NCBI GenBank assembly: GCA_011364975.1
Contig: RDOE01000041.1
Span: 1-31,247, forward strand
Direction: 5' to 3'
DNA from: Promethearchaeota archaeon
Lineage (GTDB): Archaea > Asgardarchaeota > Lokiarchaeia > Sigyniarchaeales > SOKP01
DNA: 31,247 nt
Part shown: in pieces, positions 16,671 through 24,526 of the stretch
Layout of the letters: each line of letters begins with the position of its first letter
Numbering within the stretch: position 1 is the stretch's first letter
The notes under the pieces: generated by a model
Seen by the model: the letters and a program-made list of their open reading frames with translations, nothing else
The model's database searches: none
Told to the model about the DNA's origin: nothing
Made by a program: the position numbers and the translations under genes

Positions 16671-17702
16671 ATGCCAACCCATTTTGAATCTTTTGGTAAT
16701 TTCACAACAGGAATGAGCTCATACTGGGCATTAATTTCAAAAAAGTCCCGAGGAACGATACAATTATCTGAAAAATCCTTTTCATTTAAATCAGAAAAAG
16801 ATAAGATTTTATTTGATATTAAAATTTCAAATATTCAAAATTTTTATCTGATAAAACGGTTTAGGTTTCTTAGTATAGAATTAATCACAGATCAAGGTGT
16901 TTATTACAATTTATATCCTCGTACCCAACAAAATAAGATGTTTGGCGGATCCGAAAAATTAGCCAAAGAACTTTTCACAAGTCTTGTTCGAGTTGTATAT
17001 AAAGGAGATTATCCAATTTTATTTGAAACAAAAGGTTCTTTTATTAAAAAAAAAGTTAAAGAGGGTATTCTTCAAGAAAAAAGACATAATGGGATTGTAA
17101 TTCTTACAGAAGAGTATATCCTATTCAAAGCATATAAAAAAAAGCCAAATAAAAAAATTCCTATTCTCGAAATAGAAGATACTATTCTTCATAATAATAA
17201 TTCAGAAATGTATTTACAAATAAAACTAAAAGATAAAAACGTATTTTCAATAATAGCACTAAAAAATAAACGTAATAGAAATCGTAAAGATAAAGTAAAA
17301 ACTGCTCAACTATATGAGATGTTAATTCAAGCTAAACAATATAAAATTTCTGAAAATATTAAAAAACAAGAAGAAGATGAGATGCGGATTAAGCGCTTAA
17401 AATCAATGTTCGAAGTTTCTAATAAGGTAAGGTTAGATATGGTACGTTTAGCATTAGACATGGAGGAAAAAACTTTTACAAATAAAATCTTTCAATGGGC
17501 AAAAAAGTTTAAATTCATTATAGATGGAGATTACCTAATTGTTAATACGGATACCATCAATAAATTTATAGAGGATTTAAAATTGGGATTCGATCTCACT
17601 ATTAGAGGAGAATTAAAAACAAACTGTATAAATTGCGGTAAATCTTTTGATTATACTGCTAAAATTTGTCCTTACTGTGGAAAAGAACAAGTAGAAATTT
17701 GA
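16671..17702 (+). CDS. Multidomain protein: two PH/GRAM-like repeats, PCI/winged-helix-like domain, zinc ribbon
   Basis: Internal repeat FES.G.F...GTIQLSEKSFSFK vs FET.G.F...GIVILTEEYILFK; then IFQWAKKFKFIIDGDYLIV; then CINCG...CPYCG. Confidence 0.65.
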   Translation: MPTHFESFGNFTTGMSSYWALISKKSRGTIQLSEKSFSFKSEKDKILFDIKISNIQNFYLIKRFRFLSIELITDQGVYYNLYPRTQQNKMFGGSEKLAKELFTSLVRVVYKGDYPILFETKGSFIKKKVKEGILQEKRHNGIVILTEEYILFKAYKKKPNKKIPILEIEDTILHNNNSEMYLQIKLKDKNVFSIIALKNKRNRNRKDKVKTAQLYEMLIQAKQYKISENIKKQEEDEMRIKRLKSMFEVSNKVRLDMVRLALDMEEKTFTNKIFQWAKKFKFIIDGDYLIVNTDTINKFIEDLKLGFDLTIRGELKTNCINCGKSFDYTAKICPYCGKEQVEI

Positions 17703-17780
17703 TTTAATACGTAAAAATTCTGATTTTAATTAACTATTCTTGTGTTTAATATGATTATTAAAAATCTATTAAATAGTATT

Positions 17781-18686
17781 TTAATCTTGATTTAATATCA
17801 CTTTTGCAAGCTCTTTGGCAAATTCGGCTTGATAATTTAGAATATTATTTGAATCAAGCGTCAGAATTCTAAATTTCAACGAAATCTCATATCCGAAGTT
17901 CAAAATATGAAACCGAGGTGTATATCCAAAATTCTCTTTGTATTTATTACAAATTTTCTTTAGTTTATTTATTTTAATTCTAAATTTTTTATAATCAACA
18001 CGTAATATAAAATTATAAGAATACACTTCTGACAGGTTATGATCTACGACATTTTTGAATAACTCACGGAGTTCATAATCTTCCTGAACTTTTAACGAAT
18101 CATCATAAAAATCAATATCTAAACGAGCAATCCCCCTATCTTGTGGTGATAAAATTTGTTGTTTAAATTTATTGAACCTCTTTCTTGTCGTTAATTTGAT
18201 AGTATAATTAATTATCTTTGAAGAAACAACTTCCGAGTTTGAAATTTCTACGATGATTCTATCCAGGGTTTCAATAACAACTTTCATTAAAGTAATTGAT
18301 TTTATTACTCCCTTATAGCTTTTTATCTTGACTACATCACCAATATCTATTGGATCTACAACCCATAATAACAGTCCGGCGATGAAGTTAGAAAAAATAC
18401 CACTAGTAGCAAATGCTAAAGCTGTGCTTGCTAAACCAGATATTATAGCTAATAATCCAGGGTCAATATCAGAAATTGAAGGAAAGCCATTCAATATTAA
18501 AAAAAGAAGGATAAGGATGTATAACACTCTTAACGAGAAATTAATTTTATTTTTATTTGATTTGGGTATCTTCTTAATTTTTTCTAAGAGAATTTTTAGA
18601 ATAAATAAGATAATATAAAACGAAACCGCTATTAGTGCAATAATAAAAAATGCCTCAATATCACTTGCAAATATCTGGTCTATTAT
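17781..18686 (-). CDS. MscS-like mechanosensitive channel (301 aa if started at ATA 18686)
   Basis: ALAFATSGIFSNFIAGLLL...PIDIGDVVKI..YKGVIKSI. The frame is open 53 codons upstream of the tracked GTG and adds a TM helix; AGGTGA RBS at 18698-18693. Confidence 0.85.
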   Translation of the reverse strand: MIDQIFASDIEAFFIIALIAVSFYIILFILKILLEKIKKIPKSNKNKINFSLRVLYILILLFLILNGFPSISDIDPGLLAIISGLASTALAFATSGIFSNFIAGLLLWVVDPIDIGDVVKIKSYKGVIKSITLMKVVIETLDRIIVEISNSEVVSSKIINYTIKLTTRKRFNKFKQQILSPQDRGIARLDIDFYDDSLKVQEDYELRELFKNVVDHNLSEVYSYNFILRVDYKKFRIKINKLKKICNKYKENFGYTPRFHILNFGYEISLKFRILTLDSNNILNYQAEFAKELAKVILNQD

Positions 18687-19633
18687 TGTGGGTCACCTAC
18701 CTTATTAATTTCTTCCTTTTGAATGTTTTCCTTATATGTTTCCCATCCATCAAAGATTATTCCGGGATAAAGCTGAAAAATGATATCACGTAAAAAACTA
18801 TCCGTATTAGATAGAATAAGCCTTGGATCATCAGATTTTATATAAAGGCTAATTCCTAATCTTCCAAATTCTATTGAATCAACTGCATAATCGGGTTTAA
18901 TTCCAAGAATGCTTTTATACTTATCAAATACTGGAGCTAGTAAATTATCCAAATTTTGTAGTTTAATATCACTTAGAATGAATACTTTCTTTACATAGGT
19001 AGTTGTTTTGATTTTTGAATTTAATAACTTATTTAATCGATTTAGATAAGCTTTATAATCCTTTTTTTTCCCAAATTCTTGTTCTGATAGCTGAGGATAT
19101 GTTCTAAATTTATTATGGGTAAATTTTACAATTGAGGATCCAAATACATTACTATTTGGTATAATTACGTTCACCCCGTCAAATTCCCTAATCTTTAAAT
19201 AATTTAAATTTATTTCTTCAACTATACCTTGCACACCATTAGTCTCAATAAGGTCTCCAATCTGGAACTGTTCAGAACCCAGCATTATTGCTCCTGCTGC
19301 GACATTATTTACGATTTTAGTGAAATTTAAGGAGACAGATATAATTAAGAAAGGTACTATTGCGAAGAATAAAGGGTTTGAAATTTCATATAATAACCAG
19401 AATATAAATATACTCCACACAAGATTAACAAGTATCGATACCACTGCTCGATAAAATCGCTTCTTAAAGAGAAACGTTGTTAAACTAAACAAGGGTTTTC
19501 GAATGATATATATAATAATGTTTATTATAGTTAAGTTGACCACTTCTTGCTTAAAATCGGGATTAAAGTAATAGATTAAAATTCCGATTGTTATTAGACT
19601 AATATAAATTAGAGCATAGTATTTTTTCTTCAT
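18683..19633 (-). CDS. MscS-like mechanosensitive channel
   Basis: VNNVAAGAIML...FQIGDLIETNGVQGIVEEINLNYLKIREFDGVNVIIPNS; several N-terminal TM segments. Confidence 0.88.
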   Translation of the reverse strand: MKKKYYALIYISLITIGILIYYFNPDFKQEVVNLTIINIIIYIIRKPLFSLTTFLFKKRFYRAVVSILVNLVWSIFIFWLLYEISNPLFFAIVPFLIISVSLNFTKIVNNVAAGAIMLGSEQFQIGDLIETNGVQGIVEEINLNYLKIREFDGVNVIIPNSNVFGSSIVKFTHNKFRTYPQLSEQEFGKKKDYKAYLNRLNKLLNSKIKTTTYVKKVFILSDIKLQNLDNLLAPVFDKYKSILGIKPDYAVDSIEFGRLGISLYIKSDDPRLILSNTDSFLRDIIFQLYPGIIFDGWETYKENIQKEEINKVGDPQ

Positions 19634-19686
19634 AATTTTATAATTAGATATATATATATTAAAAGATTATAGTTTTGAAGAGGCAT

Positions 19687-20403
19687 CTAACTAGAAATTT
19701 TCCACCAATATGGGGGATCTAATTTATAATATCGATTATTATCGTATAACTTAAATTTATTTTCGTCTAAACCAAATGCAAACCCTCCTAAAAAAGGTAT
19801 CCAGTTATTATCTGGAGGAAGTGAAAACCATCCAAATCTTAATGCGAGAATGAATAGATCATGAGTTATATAAATATTGAGACTTTTTTCTGGAGCTAGC
19901 TTGGTTTCATTCCATATATGATCTGCAGCTTTTTGACAATATTCTTGAAAGGGCATAATTAATTCAGGAGAGTAGTATCCTACGACCCATCGGTATATAA
20001 ATTGTATTGGAGGTTCTTTTTTGAAGATGTTTATGAAAAAATTGGGGGCTGCTCCAGCATGATGGAGTACCAAAAGATTCCCTTTAATTTCGGGGATACC
20101 ACCCACTTCACTAAAGCCTGCTGCAATATCTTCAGCCGTTTCTTGACAACGCCATACGATACTATGAAATAAATGAATATGTCTTTTAATTGGCAATAAA
20201 CTGCCAAATTTTTTAGCAATTTCATGGCCTTGTGTAGTTAATCTTAACCGGTACATCTCTTCTAATTCATTAGGTTCATCACGATGGGAATGTCTTAATA
20301 GAACTATTATTTTTGTCGTTTCGGGGAATTTCTTTATTGCTTGTATTATTCCTCTTGCTTGAGAAGTCCATTCAGCTTCTTGCCATACTTTTTCAACATC
20401 CAT
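19687..20403 (-). CDS. Histidine phosphatase superfamily protein
   Basis: LLRHSHR (RHG-like motif), LTTQG, HS..RCQETA and ITHD. Confidence 0.88.
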   Translation of the reverse strand: MDVEKVWQEAEWTSQARGIIQAIKKFPETTKIIVLLRHSHRDEPNELEEMYRLRLTTQGHEIAKKFGSLLPIKRHIHLFHSIVWRCQETAEDIAAGFSEVGGIPEIKGNLLVLHHAGAAPNFFINIFKKEPPIQFIYRWVVGYYSPELIMPFQEYCQKAADHIWNETKLAPEKSLNIYITHDLFILALRFGWFSLPPDNNWIPFLGGFAFGLDENKFKLYDNNRYYKLDPPYWWKISS

Positions 20404-20613
20404 TAATTATCAGTTTTAATTGTTAACTCTTTTTTTTTAATTAGAAACAAAAATACTCACTTAATAAGGTAATCCTTTTTTAACTAAATATCAATCCTAA
20501 TTAAACCTTTATATAGAATTTTTAGATAAATATGATCTATTACTATTATAAATAGAAGGAATTTAGGGGAATTAATCAGCCCTAAAAAAAAGATTATCTG
20601 GAAATACTTTAGG

Positions 20614-20691
20614 ATGGCATATTGGATTGAAATTTTTATATTAGTGTTTTACTTTATTTTATTGATTGTATCAGGGTGTTTCTCTAAATAA
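20614..20691 (+). CDS. Candidate 25-aa single-TM small ORF (MAYWIEIFILVFYFILLIVSGCFSK) or gene remnant
   Basis: ATG...TAA translated by hand, with an uninterrupted hydrophobic helix; below the ORF-track size cutoff. Confidence 0.3.
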   Translation: MAYWIEIFILVFYFILLIVSGCFSK

Positions 20692-20902
20692 CTAAACTAA
20701 TTAAAAGCGGATTTTTTTATTTTCTAATTTTCTATTAATTATTATACAAAAATAGATAGTAGGGTAGAACTTACGATTTTGAATTTGCGAACAAGTAATT
20801 ATTAAGGTGAGGAGGTCTTATTAAAAATGTTTAAATTGTTAACCTACTAGGTTTAATGTAACTAATTATATTCCTTCAAAAACTTAAGAATCGAAAATTC
20901 AA

Positions 20903-21334
20903 ATGTTCAACAATATTGAGGATTTTATTGATGACTGGGAAAGAAGGATCAACCAATTATCAGATTACATAGCTGAATTAGAAGCTAAAGTCTATCAATA
21001 TCAGAATTTGCTTAATGAAAAGGAGGCTCAAATAGCAAGATTGTTAAATGAAAATTCACAACTTAAAAGTCAAATTCAATCAGTACAAAAGCAAGCAGTA
21101 TCACCCGTGTATTCAAATCAATACACTCCATCTATCTTAGCATCAAATCAACCAGTATTAAGCTCAATTTCTTCTGAAGATATATCTACAATTAATAAAA
21201 GAAAATGCCCTAATTGCGGAGCAATGGGATTTGCGATTAAAGAAGTTGAAGATAGAAATCATATTCTAAGTTATGTACCAAGAAGAATATACGCCAAAAA
21301 GAAAATATGTACAAAATGTAGATTTGAATTTTAA
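20903..21334 (+). CDS. Coiled-coil protein with C-terminal zinc ribbon
   Basis: Heptad region over roughly aa 10-65, a Ser/Pro-rich linker, then CPNCG...CTKC. Confidence 0.8.
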   Translation: MFNNIEDFIDDWERRINQLSDYIAELEAKVYQYQNLLNEKEAQIARLLNENSQLKSQIQSVQKQAVSPVYSNQYTPSILASNQPVLSSISSEDISTINKRKCPNCGAMGFAIKEVEDRNHILSYVPRRIYAKKKICTKCRFEF

Positions 21335-21380
21335 TAACCATTTACACAATTAACTCCGTTTAAATTTCGAATAATCAAAT

Positions 21381-21460
21381 TGGAAATTAAAGTAGATATT
21401 CCCCTTAAGAAAGGCTATTATCGAAATTAAAGTAGGTATTCCCCTTAAGAAAGGATATTA
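21381..21460. repeat. Two-copy 40-bp tandem repeat
   Basis: TGGAAATTAAAGTAGATATTCCCCTTAAGAAAGGCTATTA / TCGAAATTAAAGTAGGTATTCCCCTTAAGAAAGGATATTA, 37/40 identical, with no spacer. Confidence 0.93.
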
Positions 21461-21553
21461 TTTCATTCTGAGATATGTTGATATCATAGATGATGAGTAT
21501 TTTTTCCCTATTTGTACAGTACTGATGAATTCCTATATATTTAAATCAGTATC

Positions 21554-21715
21554 TTATTGGTGAAGTAATTTATCTAACTCTTCTCTCAATGAATTTAAAT
21601 CTTCTACAATACCTGATTTTTCGTCCATGCAATCGATAATAGTATCGCAGGCTATTAATGTTTTATAAAATTGTCTTTCTCTTAATAGTTTCAAAATATC
21701 TCGTTCTAAAATTAT
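21554..21715 (-). CDS. Candidate small helical protein missed by the ORF track (about 53 aa, start uncertain)
   Basis: The frame is open from 21796 to 21554. The distal part reads IILERDILKLLRERQFYKTLIACDTIIDCMDEKSGIVEDLNSLREELDKLLHQ*. Possible starts are ATA 21715 or TTG 21694. Confidence 0.45.
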   Translation of the reverse strand: MILERDILKLLRERQFYKTLIACDTIIDCMDEKSGIVEDLNSLREELDKLLHQ

Positions 21716-21901
21716 AGTTTTATTTATTTGGAAAAAATTCTGTACACTTTTTAAATAGAATTGAGATAATAAATAAAACTGAGAATGAATATACTTTTAA
21801 AATTTAATCTTAATGTATAAATTTAATAATTCTACGGAAACCTGCTTCACTTTATAAATTATAAGTTAACAACAAATAATTTTAGTATAAATAGAGTGTG
21901 C

Positions 21902-22378
21902 TCACCAACAGCTAGGATCAAAATATTGTTTATAGTCTTCTAACCAACTACATTTAGTATATTTACAGTAGTTTTCAGTAATTTCTTCTCCTTTTTGAAT
22001 ATCCCTAAGAGCAACAGAACAAAATCCGTTCTCATCTTCAGAGGCACCAGAATTATCATCAAACGAGTGGTTAACATATCTTGAATCATCTAAGCAGAAA
22101 ACCAAAGCATCAAGATCTCTTTCATAATAAGAATAAGTCAACAATCCTTGAAAAAAATTTTCTAAGATATTTGATTTAGATGATTTTTCTAAGGTTAAAA
22201 ATTGAATTTTCGAAATGATTAATACATCTTGAGGTCTTGCATGCCACCAAATAGTATTTTTTGGGATTAGTTGTTTTGCAAATAAACCTAATCCATGAAT
22301 ATTGCTTTTCTTTACTTCACAATATATATCAATAGGATTTTTTGAGGTTAAATTATAAGGTATTTGTTCTTGCTCCAT
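21902..22378 (-). CDS. Stand-alone SET-domain protein (putative lysine methyltransferase)
   Basis: SNIHGLGLFAK (SAM-binding GxG), RYVNHS and ALRDIQKGEEITENY. Confidence 0.9.
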   Translation of the reverse strand: MEQEQIPYNLTSKNPIDIYCEVKKSNIHGLGLFAKQLIPKNTIWWHARPQDVLIISKIQFLTLEKSSKSNILENFFQGLLTYSYYERDLDALVFCLDDSRYVNHSFDDNSGASEDENGFCSVALRDIQKGEEITENYCKYTKCSWLEDYKQYFDPSCW

Positions 22379-22569
22379 AAGTTATATCTCATCCGAATCA
22401 GTTATTTTAATATTAAAAGCCCATATTTTTTCCGTTCATACTCGATTCTAATTACACGGAATATTAATTTTTATCTCTTATAATTTAATAAATCATCTGA
22501 TTTCTTACCGGTTTTTTACTTTAAATTTTACCAGAAAACTTCAAATATTCATTAATGCTTATCTCTAAT

Positions 22570-24360
22570 ATGGTAGAAGCTCTTAAGGTCTGGGATTTAA
22601 GTGATTTTTATGAAAGTATAGCTGATCCTAAAATAGAACAAGACATTCAAAATTTATTAAAGTCTTCCGTAGCTTTTAATGAAACAATTAAAGGAAAACT
22701 TACTCAATCTTCACTTACTGCCAATAAACTTAAAACTTGGTTTGAGCAATACGAATCAATTACAGAAAAAATGTTTTATTTAGACACATTCTCTCAATTA
22801 ATCTATAGAATTAGATCTTTAGATGATGAAGTCAAATCTTTTCGATCAAAAGTAGAGGAAATCGTAGTAAAAGTACAAGAAAATTTACTTTTTTTCTTTT
22901 TAGAACTCAATGAAATTAATGAAGAAAAATTTAATGATTTAATAAAATCTAAAGATTTAGCCTCCTATTCTCATGCAATTAAATTTAACAGACTACTAAA
23001 GCTACATCAATTGACTGAAAAAGAAGAACAAATTATATTGATGAAAGATATAACTGGAGTAAACGGATTTATAAAACTATATCGAGAAATAAAAAGTAAT
23101 TTCACATACGAGTTTGTAATTGATGGAGATTTGAAAACATTAACTGCCGCTGAAATTTACTCTTTTATCTATAGTGAAGACAAAGAATTACGTTATAAGG
23201 CACTAAAGAAATATCTGGAAAGATTTAGAGAAAATGAAATGGTTTTTACCCATATTTTTAATAATATCTTAAAAGATTGGAATCTAGAATCAAAACGAAA
23301 AAATTTCAAAAGTCCAATTTCTCAAAGAAATCTTCAAAATGAGGTAAGTGATGAGATCGTCGAAATTCTTGGTAAAGTAACTACAAATAGTTACTATATT
23401 GTTGAAAAATATTATAACCTAAAAAAGAAGATATTGAATTTACCAGAACTTCACATTTCAGATTTATATGCCCCAACGGGAACTATAGGTAAAAAATATG
23501 CATACCAAGGAGCAATTGATCTAATTAAAGCAATAGATAGTAAATTTTATCCAGAATTTGGGGAAATTGTTGGCTCTATGGATAAATTAAACCATATTGA
23601 CGCTCAACCAAGAAAAGGGAAAGATAGGGGGGCATTTTGTTCTCATGGAAAACAAAAGCATTACCCATTTGTATTTGTAAACTATACGGAATATATAGAT
23701 TCTATACTCTCATTAGCTCATGAACTAGGACATGCTTTTCATGCTTATTATATTCAGCAAAATCAAAATTTTATAAATATAGATATTTCGTTAGTAATTG
23801 CAGAAATCGCTTCAGTTTTTAACGAAATTCTTACTTTTGACTATTTAATGAATAGCGATTTATCTAAGGAAGAAAAAGTTTCCTTATTATGCATTTTTAT
23901 AGAAAATAATTTCGGAAAATCTCATCGGCAAAATGCTTTTTATAATTTTGAGACAAAAATGCATGAATTGTTGGACCGAAAACTGCTAACAACTAAAGAA
24001 ATTAAGCAAAATTTTGTTGAAGAAATGAAGTTAATGTTTGGTAATTCAATAGTCAATATTGAAGACGACTATGCTGATTTCTGTTTTGTAGTATCTCATT
24101 TCCTCGAGGTTCCATTTTATGTCTACGCTTATAACATGTCAAATCTATTAGTAATTTCAATCTATCAGCTTTACTTAGAACAAGGGGAGAAATTCGTGCC
24201 GAAATATTTGAAACTACTTTCTCAAGGGAGCTCTCTCTCACCTGAACAGATGCTTAAAGGAATAGGGATTGATTTGAATGATGAATCCTTTTGGGAGAAA
24301 GGGATTAAATACCTACAACAAAAAATTGATGAGCTTGAAACATTATTAGAAACAAAGTAA
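22570..24360 (+). CDS. pepF: Oligoendopeptidase F (peptidase M3B)
   Basis: WDLSDFY, GKDRGAFC, zinc motif HELGHAFH, AEIASVFNE and HF...PFYVYAY. Start is 22570 or 22555. Confidence 0.93.
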   Translation: MVEALKVWDLSDFYESIADPKIEQDIQNLLKSSVAFNETIKGKLTQSSLTANKLKTWFEQYESITEKMFYLDTFSQLIYRIRSLDDEVKSFRSKVEEIVVKVQENLLFFFLELNEINEEKFNDLIKSKDLASYSHAIKFNRLLKLHQLTEKEEQIILMKDITGVNGFIKLYREIKSNFTYEFVIDGDLKTLTAAEIYSFIYSEDKELRYKALKKYLERFRENEMVFTHIFNNILKDWNLESKRKNFKSPISQRNLQNEVSDEIVEILGKVTTNSYYIVEKYYNLKKKILNLPELHISDLYAPTGTIGKKYAYQGAIDLIKAIDSKFYPEFGEIVGSMDKLNHIDAQPRKGKDRGAFCSHGKQKHYPFVFVNYTEYIDSILSLAHELGHAFHAYYIQQNQNFINIDISLVIAEIASVFNEILTFDYLMNSDLSKEEKVSLLCIFIENNFGKSHRQNAFYNFETKMHELLDRKLLTTKEIKQNFVEEMKLMFGNSIVNIEDDYADFCFVVSHFLEVPFYVYAYNMSNLLVISIYQLYLEQGEKFVPKYLKLLSQGSSLSPEQMLKGIGIDLNDESFWEKGIKYLQQKIDELETLLETK

Positions 24361-24526
24361 AATAACTTTCATTTTCAAATCTTTTCTTTAATAGTTTAAT
24401 CTAATTTTATTATTATTTTTTAAAATATCGTTTTTACTATTATGTCTAATGGGGAATATTATTCCCGATTTCTTTTTATTATGTTTGTATTCTTTTCAAC
24501 CACACATTTTTAATTGGTTAATAAAA

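Noticed and set aside
21381-21460. 40-bp repeat as a CRISPR array
   Set aside because: Only two units, directly adjacent with no spacer, and no cas genes.
22430-22461. TTCCGT-N20-ACGGAA inverted repeat between the SET and pepF genes
   Set aside because: Only 6-bp arms with a long spacer and no second copy.
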